Source of the DNA: an uncultured Gammaproteobacteria bacterium
GTDB lineage: Bacteria > Pseudomonadota > Gammaproteobacteria > Arenicellales > JAANXG01
Assembly: GCA_947259175.1 (NCBI GenBank)
Contig: CAMYKW010000004.1
Location: forward strand, 79,403-143,402
Direction of reading: 5' to 3'
Length of the DNA: 64,000 bases
This document shows positions 1 to 9,885 of this stretch, in pieces (within the stretch, counting starts at the first letter, position 1; every line of letters begins with the position of its first letter). The notes under the pieces are model-generated. The model saw nothing but the letters and a program-made list of their open reading frames with translations. It searched no databases and was not told the origin of the DNA. The position numbers were made by a program, and so were the translations under genes.

Positions 1-363
1 ATCATCCTGGTAGCGGTAGCCAGCATTGCAGTAGCCGTATTGATGGCCGGCAACCTGATTTACCTGCTCGAGCCGGGGACCGTATCCAACGCCTTCGGCG
101 GCGTGTGGTGGAGCCTGGTGACGATGACGACGGTGGGGTATGGTGACATCGTGCCGCAAACCACCGCCGGAAGATTGCTCGCCGCGCTGTTGATGATCAT
201 GGGCATCGCCATGTTCGCCATGATTACCGGTGTGGTGTCGTATAAGATATCCAGTACCATGAGATCCCGACGTCCCTGTGGCAGCTGCCACCGGTCGATC
301 GAGGCCGGTTTCACCTATTGTCCTAATTGCGGCGCGTTGCAGCGGGCCGCAAAACGGCCATAA
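1..363 (+). CDS. K+ channel family protein, 3' part (gene starts upstream of window) with C-terminal zinc ribbon
   Basis: Frame 1 is open from nt 1. It has the selectivity filter TTVGYGD, the inner helix LLAALLMIMGIAMFAMITGVV and the tail CGSC-x10-CPNC. Confidence 0.75.
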   Translation: MILVAVASIAVAVLMAGNLIYLLEPGTVSNAFGGVWWSLVTMTTVGYGDIVPQTTAGRLLAALLMIMGIAMFAMITGVVSYKISSTMRSRRPCGSCHRSIEAGFTYCPNCGALQRAAKRP

Positions 364-401
364 ACGGTACAGCATTTAGACACGCCGCGCCGATCCCTGC
401 C

Positions 402-878
402 TCAAACTGCGTACAGCGACATCTTGCCCGCGCCGTAACCCTGAATGTCGACCTCGATGTCGGCGCGTTGGCCGGCGGCGTTCAACAGAGCGTTAATGTC
501 ACCTGGAAATTCCGGCGGTGAGGTATGCAATTGGTGGTAGCGGATATGCGGGACGTTGCCCTGATTGAAAAACGCCACCATGATGTTGAAGACTTCCTGA
601 AGGTTCTCGCGGATCTCGTCGGAAAGTTTCCCGGATCGGATATTCGAGGCAGCGGTGTCAGTGGGAATCATCGTCAACGCGGCTCCGGTATAACTGGCCA
701 GCGGGAGATCCACCAGGCCCAGCGCTCCGACATTGCCTTGTTGATCGATATAGGTGCCGACTATTGTAGGTGACGTAGTGATGGGAGATCCTTGGGTCAC
801 CGATACCTGTTTGTTCAACAACAGCGACAGCGTGTCGGACACGTCATCAAGCGCGGGAAAAGAAAATAAAGCACTCAT
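402..878 (-). CDS. CheX/CheC-family CheY-P phosphatase-like protein
   Basis: 158 aa, the last gene of the che operon directly after cheY. ENLQEVFN-x22-P fits the CheC/CheX/FliY active-site pattern (D/S)-x3-E-x2-N-x22-P except for E at the first position. GAGGA lies 8 nt upstream of the ATG. Confidence 0.5.
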   Translation of the reverse strand: MSALFSFPALDDVSDTLSLLLNKQVSVTQGSPITTSPTIVGTYIDQQGNVGALGLVDLPLASYTGAALTMIPTDTAASNIRSGKLSDEIRENLQEVFNIMVAFFNQGNVPHIRYHQLHTSPPEFPGDINALLNAAGQRADIEVDIQGYGAGKMSLYAV

Positions 879-957
879 AACAATGATCCTCGTTACTTAT
901 TTCAGACTCGCATGATCGATTAACCAGCGGGTGGCGTGGACTGACCCCGAACGCGCG

Positions 958-1320
958 CTAGCCGATGATCGGTGTCAGGGTTTTCTCCATGGATTCGGGT
1001 GTGAACGGCTTGGTAATGAAGAAACGGGCGCCCGCTTCGGAGGCCATGGCGCGCATCTCTTCCGAGGCCTCGGTGGTCACGAACCCGAAGTTGACATCGG
1101 TTCCCTGTTCGCGCAGTGATTGCAATAACTGGATGCCGGTCATTTCCGGCATGTTCCAGTCGGAAAGCACCAGATCGGGTTGCTCCGACTGCACCACGCC
1201 GATGGCCTCCGAGCCGTTGGTGGCTTCAATGGTGTCGTGGTCGCCGAAACCGGCCAATCTCAAGGTCCGCTTCACCAGCAGACGCATGGCTTTGCTGTCA
1301 TCAACAATTAGGATCTTCAT
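958..1320 (-). CDS. cheY: CheY-like single-domain response regulator
   Basis: REC motifs ILIVDD, LSDWNMP, FVTTE and ITKPF. A GGGAGA SD favours the ATG at 1320 over the longer ORF start at 1341. Confidence 0.9.
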   Translation of the reverse strand: MKILIVDDSKAMRLLVKRTLRLAGFGDHDTIEATNGSEAIGVVQSEQPDLVLSDWNMPEMTGIQLLQSLREQGTDVNFGFVTTEASEEMRAMASEAGARFFITKPFTPESMEKTLTPIIG

Positions 1321-1444
1321 GGGCTCTCCCGAGTTTCGCAAGTTCCGGTTCAGTTAATGCTATTATCGGTATATACGGCGAAAACTTGACCGAATTGCGT
1401 CTGGCCGGACCGGCACATTGATCCGGGTATCACGAAAATATCCA

Positions 1445-2263
1445 CTAGGAGGGCGTGTGCGTGGCTTTGAAACACACCGTCTTTCCATCGAAGATTCTTA
1501 TGAACTCGCTCGACGCATCGATGCCGGTCTCCGACGCGCCAAGGAAGAGGTATCCGCCTGGCCGCAGTATCCGGTGGATGTCCGTAAGCACGCGACGCCG
1601 ATGTTCCTCGGAGAAATAGATCAGCACATTGCGCAGAAAAACGATATCCATCTTCGGTAGCGTGTCGGGTGGGTCGAGCGCGTTGATCACGCGAAAATCG
1701 ATCATTCGCGCGAGCCGGTGATCGATGCGCCAGCGATTGCCGTACGCATGAAAATATTCGTCCCGTGTTCGCGGTGTTAGTCCGCGTTTGATCTGATACG
1801 CGCTGTAGATGCCGCTGCGCGCAGCCTCCACCATACTTGCGCAGATGTCGCTGGCGAGTATGCGGAACCGCGCTTGCTCGTATACGGGGAGATATTCCAT
1901 TAACAACATGGCAATGCTGTAGGCTTCCTGGCCGGATGCGCACCCGCAAGACCAGATATGCAGCCGACGGTCTTGGGTGCGCGCGAGCAGCGCGGGCAAC
2001 ACCGAAGACGCCAGTAGCTCGAAAGGATAGGTATCGCGAAAGAACGAGGTTTCGTGGTTGGTAAACGCCTCGATGAAGCATTCGAACAGGTCCGCGGGCG
2101 CGTGCGTACGGAGCAGCTGCAGCAGACGGTCGACACTTGGCACCTGGTGACGGCGGCATAGGGATAGCAAGCGTTGATGTATCAGAGATTCGTGCATGTC
2201 GAGCGCGATGCCCGAGCGATCGCGGATGAGTTCGTGTATATATTGGAGGTCACTGGCGAGCAC
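1445..2263 (-). CDS. cheR: Chemotaxis protein methyltransferase CheR
   Basis: CheR N-terminal helical domain plus SAM-MTase core (TSFFRD, LHIWSCGCASGQEAYS). GTG start overlaps the cheB stop. Confidence 0.9.
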   Translation of the reverse strand: MLASDLQYIHELIRDRSGIALDMHESLIHQRLLSLCRRHQVPSVDRLLQLLRTHAPADLFECFIEAFTNHETSFFRDTYPFELLASSVLPALLARTQDRRLHIWSCGCASGQEAYSIAMLLMEYLPVYEQARFRILASDICASMVEAARSGIYSAYQIKRGLTPRTRDEYFHAYGNRWRIDHRLARMIDFRVINALDPPDTLPKMDIVFLRNVLIYFSEEHRRRVLTDIHRILRPGGYLFLGASETGIDASSEFIRIFDGKTVCFKATHTPS

Positions 2264-3377
2264 GACCGCTTACCTGATCCACGCGTCCGCTGGCTGCCGG
2301 AGCGATCCGGCGGATAATCCCCGCCGCCAACTCGTGGAGCGGCAGGATGACGTTGGCGAGACCGGCCTTAGCTACCGCGCCGGGCATGCCCCAAACCGCG
2401 CTACTGGCCTCGTCCTGCACCATCACCTCGCCGCCGGCATCGCGGACGGCCTCGCAGCCGAGCAGGCCATCTTGCCCCATTCCGGTCAACACCACCGCCA
2501 ATACCCGCCGCCCGTACAACCGCGCCGCGGACACAAACAGGGGATCCACCGACGGCCGCGAAAAATTCTGCGGCGCGTGCTTGTTCAGGCGCACCATGAT
2601 CGGCTGTCGATCAGGCGCGGCCAGCTCCATATGGCGGTCACCCGGTGCGATCAGCACATGACCCGGCTGCAGCGGCGCGCCGTCTTCACCCTCGGCGACG
2701 GGAACCACACACGTTTGCGCCAGTCGCTGCGCGAACAAGCGCGTAAACATCGCCGTCATATGTTGCACAACGAGCACCGGCGCCGGGAACGCCGGTGGCA
2801 ACTCAGCGAGCAATTGTGTGAGGGCCTGCGGGCCTCCGGTGGAGGCGCCGATAACCACTACCGACGGCCTCGTCCGGGGAACAAGATCCCGGATCACGGG
2901 CGCGGGCGTCGTGGGCCGAGGCGCCTTGGTTTTTTTGTCGGAGCAACGCCGCCGCAAACTCCTTTTTTGATCGACCAACGCTTTGATTTTCGGTAACAAG
3001 GCGGTGCGTATGACGCGCTTTGCCTCGTCCATGCCGCCGCTCGGTTTGGCAACGTAGTCGCTGGCGCCCCGGGCGAGGGCTTGCAGGGTTTGCACCGCGC
3101 CGCGCTGGGTGAAGGTGCTGAACATCACGACCAGCAGTTGCGGGTGCCGCTCCTGCAGCACCGCGACCGTCTCCAGGCCGTCCATGACCGGCATCTCGAT
3201 GTCCAAAATCACGACATCAGGCTGCGCCTCCGCGATCTTGTCCAACGCTTCCACACCGTTACCGGCAGTGCCTGCGACCACAATTTGCGGATCCTCCGTC
3301 AACAGCATCACGACCAGACGTGTGATTATCCGGTCATCATCCACCACCAGGACTCTGACGGCCTCCATTTGCTTCAA
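2250..3377 (-). CDS. cheB: Chemotaxis response regulator protein-glutamate methylesterase CheB
   Basis: N-terminal REC (VLVVDDD, ILDIEMPVMDG) plus methylesterase domain (VVVIGASTGGPQAL, LTGMGQDG). Confidence 0.92.
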   Translation of the reverse strand: MKQMEAVRVLVVDDDRIITRLVVMLLTEDPQIVVAGTAGNGVEALDKIAEAQPDVVILDIEMPVMDGLETVAVLQERHPQLLVVMFSTFTQRGAVQTLQALARGASDYVAKPSGGMDEAKRVIRTALLPKIKALVDQKRSLRRRCSDKKTKAPRPTTPAPVIRDLVPRTRPSVVVIGASTGGPQALTQLLAELPPAFPAPVLVVQHMTAMFTRLFAQRLAQTCVVPVAEGEDGAPLQPGHVLIAPGDRHMELAAPDRQPIMVRLNKHAPQNFSRPSVDPLFVSAARLYGRRVLAVVLTGMGQDGLLGCEAVRDAGGEVMVQDEASSAVWGMPGAVAKAGLANVILPLHELAAGIIRRIAPAASGRVDQVSGRARQ

Positions 3378-3387
3378 TTACGGCGTA

Positions 3388-5586
3388 TCAAGCCGCATTC
3401 GGATGCGCCAGTTGCGGTGACAGCGCATTGTCCTCCTGGAGATGCGACAGGAATACGTGTTTGATGTCGTTAACGGCATCGACATCCACGTTCGCCTCAC
3501 CCACCAGACACTTTTCGTGCAGTTGTGCGCACGCCGCAGCGAAATTTTCGTGTTCGCGAAGTGTCACGTTTGTGTCCGCCTCAGCGCGCTCGCCGAGCAG
3601 CCGCCGGGTGAAATCCACATGGGATTGAACCTGGTCAGCTATAATGCCCAGGATCACCACCAGCCGGGTTTGCAATTGCCCCGCTCCGGCCGCCTGATTG
3701 AGCTGGTTGATGAGTCCCACCAGCGCCTCATGCTGCTGGTCCAGCGCATTCACCCCGACCGCACATCCCTCGTCCCAAACGATTAGCGGCTCGTAATCCT
3801 CGTGACGCCTGAAATGTGCAATCATCTCCTTCAGTTCGGACGTCATTGTCTTCAAATGATCCGCGGATTCCCGCACTTCCCGCGCCGCGCCCACCGGGCC
3901 CTCCGCGGTTTGGGCCAGGCCGTCCAGGATATTTGGTATGTCTGCGCTGCCTTGCGCGGCGCCGGCGACATCCCGGGAAATCGCTTTGGTGACCGCCATC
4001 TGTTCCTCCAAGGCGCTGGCAATGCCGGTTTCAATGTCGTTGATCTTGGTGATTATTTCGTGAATCACACCGATCGCTTCCACGGCTTTGCCGGTATCGC
4101 TCTGAATCCCGGTAATCTTGAGACCGATTTCTTCGGTGGCGCCTGCGGTCTGCCGGGCCAGCTCTTTAACCTCGTTAGCGACCACGGCGAATCCCTTTCC
4201 GGCGTCTCCGGCGCGCGCGGCTTCAATGGTGGCGTTCAGCGCCAGCAAGTTGGTTTGCCCGGCAATGGCGGTGATCATGTTGACCACGTCGCCGATCTCA
4301 TTACTCCGTTCTCCGAGTTGCCCGATGGTCTTGGAGGTGTCCTCGGCCGCCGACAAAGCGGACACGGCGACAGTCAGGGCCTGCGCCGCGTTCCTGGCAA
4401 TCTCCGAGACGCTTGCGGTCATCTGCTCGGTCGCGGCGGCCACCGACTGGATGCGTTCATTCAGGTCCTGGGTGGTGGCTGACGCGGAATTGACGCCTTC
4501 GTGCACGCCGCTGGAGCTCTTTTTGATCTGCTCGCTTGCGCGAATGAGGTTTCCAGATGACTTGAATACTGCATCGGCGTTTTCGTCGATGGCGGCGATG
4601 CGCTTGCGAATGCCGCCGAGGAGAACGTTTACCTCGTCGGCAAGCTGGCTTATGGCGTCGTCGCCGGGGCACGACAACTGTTTGGTCAGATCCCCGTCGG
4701 TGGCCGATCGCACGACCTCGAGAATACCGCCGACGCGGTTTTGCAGTTCGTCGACGCGTTGCAGGTTTTGTTCGCGTTGAGTGCGCAGCTGCCGCTCGGC
4801 GGCGACCGTATCGGTGATCAAGTCGCAATGTAAGACAGCGGCGATTCCCGGCCTCTCGGCATCGCCGACCGGAGCGGCCGCCACACGTACCGATTCGGGA
4901 CCCCAAGTGACCACCATCTCTTGCGATGCGCCCGGGGGTTGTCCGAACACGCCGCGCACGAATTCGAGTTGCGGATTCAGCTGCGTGAGTGGTTGGTCCA
5001 ACACTTGATCCAGCGGGTGCCCGAGGTGCGGCGCGAGGCGCGACAGCAGCTTGCTTGACCAGGGATTGGCGTAGCGGACGATCAAGTCCCGGTCGACGCC
5101 GATCACTGTCGCCGCCAGGTTGTGTGTCGCCAACATGTGCTGCTGCAGGCGCATCCTCTCCGCCGCAAGTTCCGCCCAATCCACTGTTTCGGTCGCCAGC
5201 GCGCCGCGTATTGCGGCGGTGGCCTGGTGCACGGCTCGAGCGACCGGATGGCGCCGGCCTGACGGTGCGGTCGGGGCATGTACGCTGAGGTCCCCACGCG
5301 CCACCGCATCCAGTGACCGCACCGCGCGCCGAGCGTGCGCCATATTCCGCCTAGCAACGAGGACCCCGCCAAGCCCCATCAACGCGACCAACACCGCCAC
5401 ACCGAGAGCGGCGAAGACGATTGTGTGCGGTTCCGTCAGCAGCTGGGGGTCATCGGCGTGCAGCACCACCCGGCGATACAGTCCGTACAACAGTGCGCTC
5501 AACACCAGGCCCCCACTCGCGGTGATGATCGCAAGACTCGTCGCTAGATCGGGGAGATCCCAATTGCTTATTCGTAGTCTTCTCAT
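3388..5586 (-). CDS. Methyl-accepting chemotaxis protein: 2 TM, HAMP, PAS-like, MCP signalling domain, C-terminal hemerythrin-like domain
   Basis: MCP hairpin core [36 protein letters not shown]-terminal 131 aa start [28 protein letters not shown] (hemerythrin signature). The ATG at 5586 overlaps the cheW stop (TAATG) and is preferred over the ORF-track start at 5739. Confidence 0.88.
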   Translation of the reverse strand: MRRLRISNWDLPDLATSLAIITASGGLVLSALLYGLYRRVVLHADDPQLLTEPHTIVFAALGVAVLVALMGLGGVLVARRNMAHARRAVRSLDAVARGDLSVHAPTAPSGRRHPVARAVHQATAAIRGALATETVDWAELAAERMRLQQHMLATHNLAATVIGVDRDLIVRYANPWSSKLLSRLAPHLGHPLDQVLDQPLTQLNPQLEFVRGVFGQPPGASQEMVVTWGPESVRVAAAPVGDAERPGIAAVLHCDLITDTVAAERQLRTQREQNLQRVDELQNRVGGILEVVRSATDGDLTKQLSCPGDDAISQLADEVNVLLGGIRKRIAAIDENADAVFKSSGNLIRASEQIKKSSSGVHEGVNSASATTQDLNERIQSVAAATEQMTASVSEIARNAAQALTVAVSALSAAEDTSKTIGQLGERSNEIGDVVNMITAIAGQTNLLALNATIEAARAGDAGKGFAVVANEVKELARQTAGATEEIGLKITGIQSDTGKAVEAIGVIHEIITKINDIETGIASALEEQMAVTKAISRDVAGAAQGSADIPNILDGLAQTAEGPVGAAREVRESADHLKTMTSELKEMIAHFRRHEDYEPLIVWDEGCAVGVNALDQQHEALVGLINQLNQAAGAGQLQTRLVVILGIIADQVQSHVDFTRRLLGERAEADTNVTLREHENFAAACAQLHEKCLVGEANVDVDAVNDIKHVFLSHLQEDNALSPQLAHPNAA

Positions 5587-6080
5587 TAGCGGTGCTCCAT
5601 GTGGGGCAGCGCGACGGGAGCGGTATGAGCAGACTGCCCGCCGCCGGTCGCTTGGTTCAGGTCTATGGCGCGCGCCAGGTCCAGCATCAACAGCAGCCTG
5701 TCCGGCAATTTGAAGGCACCGCGGATCAGATCGCGCCACACACCCCCGAGATGCTCCGGCGCCGGTTCGTAGGCCTCTTCCGGAACTTCAATGACTTCGC
5801 CGATTTCGTCCACTAGGAGACTCACCATGGCGCCGTTCTTGTGCACGACCACGTTCATCGGCGGGCGGTCTTCCGCTGGTGGCTCCAGATCCAGACGCAG
5901 GCGCAGGTCGATCGCGGTCACGATCTCGCCGCGCAGATTGATCAGTCCGCTCACCGCGGGTGGCGCCAGGGGAACGCGGGTGATGTTCTGGGACCTCAGC
6001 ACCTCGCGCACATGTCCGGTGCTCAGGCCGATAAGATAGCCGTCGACGAGAAATGTGCAGACCTGATGCACGGCGGACAC
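5586..6080 (-). CDS. cheW: Chemotaxis coupling protein CheW
   Basis: Single CheW-like domain ([25 protein letters not shown]). GTG start abuts the cheA stop. Confidence 0.9.
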   Translation of the reverse strand: MSAVHQVCTFLVDGYLIGLSTGHVREVLRSQNITRVPLAPPAVSGLINLRGEIVTAIDLRLRLDLEPPAEDRPPMNVVVHKNGAMVSLLVDEIGEVIEVPEEAYEPAPEHLGGVWRDLIRGAFKLPDRLLLMLDLARAIDLNQATGGGQSAHTAPVALPHMEHR

Positions 6081-8375
6081 TTATCCCTCCCCAACCGCGG
6101 CGGCGCGTTTCGGCCGTTTGCGCATGGTGGAAACCTCGCGTTGTAAAGCGGCAATATCGAACACTTCGGTGATTTTTCCGTTCACGACGATCGTGCCCAA
6201 AGTGCCTTTGCGTGTCGGCGGGCCTTGCGTGGCGGAACATTGCTCGACGATGTCCTGAATGCGGTCCACGACCACGCCGACTGAGCACTCGTCCACAGAG
6301 TAGACCAGGGCGTGTACCGCATCATTTGTGTGGCTGGTTTTGTCGCTGGTGATCAGCCTTGGTTTTCTGCGCCGTTCCCGCAACAGGTCAGTCAGTTCTA
6401 TCAAAGGCAGAATCTCCCGGCCGTACTGCACCACCGTGCGGTTGCCGGTGTGCTCCAGGGATGTGCGTTTAAATTCCTCCAATCTCACTACCGAGTCCAT
6501 CGGAATGGCGATGCGCCCTCCGTCCGAGGTTGTGGCGATGATCAACGCGCAGCGATCCTCATGGTCATCCAGCGAAGATGCAGCATCAACGTCGCTAAAC
6601 CGTTCCTGATGCTCGGAAAGCAATCTGGCGTGTTTCGCCACACCAAGGACGTCGAGGATCAGGGCGACTTTGCCATCACCGGTGATCGTTGCTCCAGCGT
6701 ATACCGGTAGCGCTTTCAGTAAATCGCACAGCGGCTTGACGACGATCTCGGTGGAATCCTCGATGGCGTCGACAACCAATCCGAATTTTTTGGTGTCGGC
6801 CTGCAACACCACGATGTTCAATGCCTGGTCGCCCTGAGGCGCAGCTCCCAAGTTCAGTTCCTGGTGCAAGTAGATGAGTGGCAACAGCTTCCCGCGCAGC
6901 CGGAATACCGGTACCCCGTGGATCGACTCGATGCCGGAGCCCGGGGTATCGGGATTCATGCGGATCAGTTCCAGAATGCCGCCTTGCGGAATCGCGAAGT
7001 TTTCCTTGCCGCTGCGCACCAGCAACGCGGGGACAATGGCCAGCGTCAAGGGCAGCTGTATGCGGAAGGTGGAGCCGCGGTCCCGTTTCGATTCGAGCTC
7101 GATGAAACCGCCAATCTTTTCCAGGTTGGTCCGCACCACGTCCATGCCGACACCGCGACCGGAAATATTGGTCACTTTTTTCGCAGTCGTCATTCCGGGA
7201 GCGAATATCAACCGGCAGATGTCCTGGTCCGGCATTTGCGTGGCCTGAGCGGTGGTGATCATTCCCAATGCGATGGCCTTTTCACGCAAGCGATCGACGT
7301 CGATGCCGGCGCCGTCATCGGCAATTTCGATGATCACCTGGCCGCCGCCGTGATAAGCCGTGAGAGAGACGCATCCCTCGGCGGATTTTCCTTTGGCGAC
7401 GCGATCATCCGGCGACTCGACACCGTGATCCACCGCATTGCGGATCAAGTGGGTAAGAGGATCTTTGATCGCCTCGATGAGACTCTTGTCCAGTTCCGTC
7501 TCCTTGCCCTCCATTTCGATGCGAACTTGTTTACCGCAGTGTTTCGCCAGGTCGCGGACCACCCGGGGGAACTTGTTCCATATGGTGTTGATCGGCTGCA
7601 TGCGGGTCTTCATTACGTCCTGCTGCAGCTCACCGGTGATCGAATTCAATCGTTGGCAGGCGCCGGTCAACAACGGATCCTGTTGTATGGCGGAATGCGC
7701 CAGGATCTGGTTGCGGGCAAGCACCAACTCACCCACCAGGTTCATCAGGTTGTCCAGGATATCCACATCCACCCGGATGGTGCTCTCGGCGGCAGATAAA
7801 CCCGCCGCGGTGGTGGTGGGATCGGGCGCCGGCGCGGATTTTGCCGCGGCCGCGGACGGCTCGGGAGGGATTTCGGCCGCGGCTTGCGGCTCCCCTTCGG
7901 ACCGCGCTGCCGTCGGCCTCACGGGCGAAGTGCGCTCGCCGTGGGCGGCACCGTCGTCGGCTCGCCCGGGACCTTCGGCCAGGCGTGCCAGGGTCGCCAC
8001 CAGATCCGCGTAGTCTTTTTTACCATCGTTGTTGGCGGATTCGATGGCCGTCAGCATCTCGCGAACCGCATCCCCCAGGCTCAGCAGGACCGTGGCGATC
8101 TCCTGACTGAAATCCAGTTCGCGGTCACGCAGCCGGCTGAGCAGATTTTCACCGGCGTGGGATACCGATTCCAAGCGGGAAAAGCCGAAAAACCCACAAG
8201 TGCCCTTGATGCTGTGAATGGTGCGGAAGATGCTGGCAAGCAGCTCGTGGTTAGCCGGATCCGCCTCGAGGGCAATCAGGTCGTTGTCCATCTGATCCAG
8301 GCCCTCGGCGCTCTCAGCGAGAAACTCCTCGATGACTTCTTCCATTCCCTCCAGAGGGTTGTCTTGTTCCGTCAT
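6081..8375 (-). CDS. cheA: Chemotaxis histidine kinase CheA
   Basis: HPt motif HSIKGTCGFFG, kinase boxes HLIRNAVDHG, DDGAGID and GRGVGMD, and a C-terminal CheW-like domain. Confidence 0.95.
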   Translation of the reverse strand: MTEQDNPLEGMEEVIEEFLAESAEGLDQMDNDLIALEADPANHELLASIFRTIHSIKGTCGFFGFSRLESVSHAGENLLSRLRDRELDFSQEIATVLLSLGDAVREMLTAIESANNDGKKDYADLVATLARLAEGPGRADDGAAHGERTSPVRPTAARSEGEPQAAAEIPPEPSAAAAKSAPAPDPTTTAAGLSAAESTIRVDVDILDNLMNLVGELVLARNQILAHSAIQQDPLLTGACQRLNSITGELQQDVMKTRMQPINTIWNKFPRVVRDLAKHCGKQVRIEMEGKETELDKSLIEAIKDPLTHLIRNAVDHGVESPDDRVAKGKSAEGCVSLTAYHGGGQVIIEIADDGAGIDVDRLREKAIALGMITTAQATQMPDQDICRLIFAPGMTTAKKVTNISGRGVGMDVVRTNLEKIGGFIELESKRDRGSTFRIQLPLTLAIVPALLVRSGKENFAIPQGGILELIRMNPDTPGSGIESIHGVPVFRLRGKLLPLIYLHQELNLGAAPQGDQALNIVVLQADTKKFGLVVDAIEDSTEIVVKPLCDLLKALPVYAGATITGDGKVALILDVLGVAKHARLLSEHQERFSDVDAASSLDDHEDRCALIIATTSDGGRIAIPMDSVVRLEEFKRTSLEHTGNRTVVQYGREILPLIELTDLLRERRRKPRLITSDKTSHTNDAVHALVYSVDECSVGVVVDRIQDIVEQCSATQGPPTRKGTLGTIVVNGKITEVFDIAALQREVSTMRKRPKRAAAVGEG

Positions 8376-8499
8376 TGCCTGTAGCTGTGCTCGTTACTGT
8401 TCGATCCCGGCTTGCCTGTATGGAAACCACGGTTGCGGTGAGCGCGTATGAGTGCACGCCGCCGCACCGGGTGTTGATCACTGCCGCCGTCGTAAGGAG

Positions 8500-8526
8500 T
8501 TATCGTCTCGCGCGTCGGAAAATTTA
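8500..8526 (-). promoter_or_regulatory. sigma-28 (FliA)-type promoter for the cheA operon
   Basis: The minus strand reads TAAATTTT-N11-GACGATAA, against consensus TAAAGTTT-N11-GCCGATAA. It lies about 120 nt upstream of the cheA ATG. Confidence 0.6.
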
Positions 8527-8611
8527 GGCGCGCGGCGAATATTTACCGAATATTCCCCGCAAATCCGCTATCCTGTAACTTGAGTCGAACCAAAAAAACA
8601 GGCGCCAGTCC

Positions 8612-9457
8612 ATGAACAACGACACCGAGCAGCTGGTTCTCAAGCTGCGTGATATTCCTCCACTCTCCGAGATGCAGACGCTGCTGCAGGCGGTGAGCAA
8701 CCAAGACGTCGATTTTCAGGAGCTCGCGAAGATCATCGAATCGAGTCCGCCCACGGCGGCGCGCATCATCAAGGTCGCTAATTCCGCCTTTTACGGGACC
8801 ACCGCGCAGGTCGATTCTGTCAAGGACGCAATAATCCGCGTGCTCGGTTTGGATGTGGTGCGCAGCTTGGTCATGGGGTTGGCGGCAAGTTCGGCCTTCA
8901 ACGCGGAGCGTTGTCCTGCGTTCGACACCCACCGCTACTGGTGCAGCGCCCTGTTGACGGCCAACCTCGCTCGCAGACTCGCGGGTATCGTCACATTAGA
9001 CGATGCCCCGGTACCTGATTTCGCCTATCTGGGTGGCCTGCTGCACAACATCGGGCTGATCGCCCTGGCCCATATCGCACCGACGCAGATGTCGGAGGTG
9101 TTTGCCGCTGCCGAAAGAAACCAACGCCCGCTACACGAAGTGGAATCGCAGGTCCTGGGGCTGGATCACCGCCAGGCCGGTGCATTGATCGTGGCCCAGT
9201 GGGGCATGCCTGAGCAGCTTCACACCGTGATCGTGCATTACCACGAGGATGGCTACCGTGGACCGGAGTGGGTGGCGTGTCGCCTGGTGCGGCTTTGTTC
9301 CGACTGGGCCCAACAGGCCCTCCGGGGTGCGGCGCCAGGCATCGACGGCGATTCGGTCGCCGAGTTGCAAATGGATACGCGCGATCTGAATGCGGTAATC
9401 GGCACCGCCCACCAGGAAGTGCAGTCCATCATCGATCTCGCCCAGCTGTTCCACTGA
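8612..9457 (+). CDS. HDOD domain protein
   Basis: IPPLSEMQTLLQAV..FQELAKIIESSPPTAARIIKVANSAFYG..VKDAIIRVLG..GGLLHNIGLIAL is the typical HDOD layout. Confidence 0.8.
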   Translation: MNNDTEQLVLKLRDIPPLSEMQTLLQAVSNQDVDFQELAKIIESSPPTAARIIKVANSAFYGTTAQVDSVKDAIIRVLGLDVVRSLVMGLAASSAFNAERCPAFDTHRYWCSALLTANLARRLAGIVTLDDAPVPDFAYLGGLLHNIGLIALAHIAPTQMSEVFAAAERNQRPLHEVESQVLGLDHRQAGALIVAQWGMPEQLHTVIVHYHEDGYRGPEWVACRLVRLCSDWAQQALRGAAPGIDGDSVAELQMDTRDLNAVIGTAHQEVQSIIDLAQLFH

Positions 9458-9733
9458 CGGCGTTCCGGGGCCGGGGTCAACGCCGCCCTGGGGGTACGCG
9501 GCCTGGCTTGTCGCCGGTGGTGGCTCGAACGGCCGTGCCCCGGCCTAACCCGCATATTGCACCAGTCGCCCAGCTACTATTCCCGGCAAGCGATCAAAAC
9601 GATGTTCGGCTGAGTATTCATGGAAATGACGTTGTGAGCTCCGCTAAGCTACGGCTATGACTTTCGTTCCAGTCCGGCGTTCAGCCGCCCCTGTCCTGCG
9701 CCAGCTTCCCAGATACTGATGCAATATGCGGGC

Positions 9734-9760
9734 TAAAGATTTCGCCCCGGCTGCCGATAA
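9734..9760 (+). promoter_or_regulatory. sigma-28 (FliA)-type promoter
   Basis: TAAAGATT-N11-GCCGATAA is a near-perfect consensus match, 126 nt upstream of the ATG at 9886. Confidence 0.65.
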
Positions 9761-9885
9761 TAGATCGAAGGTGTGTGTCTCCGGTACCGTGCCGAGATCC
9801 TACGCGGACGCGCGGCGAAGCGATCCAAGGTGTAAACCGGAGGTGTCGCGCGTTACCGCATTTGAACACGAAAGGTGGTATAGCC

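Noticed and set aside
1350-2159. Long ORFs antisense to well-supported genes. This 269-aa ORF lies opposite cheR. Similar ones are at 4457-5179, 12258-13010, 15904-16668, 34870-36156, 36174-37088, 40875-41729, 46471-48216, 56008-57321 and 58881-59870.
   Set aside because: They are Arg/Pro/Gly/His-rich with no recognisable motifs. Each lies entirely inside a gene with strong family signatures on the other strand. Stop-poor antisense frames are expected in GC-rich DNA.
9767-9885. Three or four AGGTGT/AGGTGG repeats in the leader of the two-CW gene.
   Set aside because: These hexamers are short and one of them is simply the SD. They do not match any regulator or CsrA (GGA in a loop) pattern that I can support.
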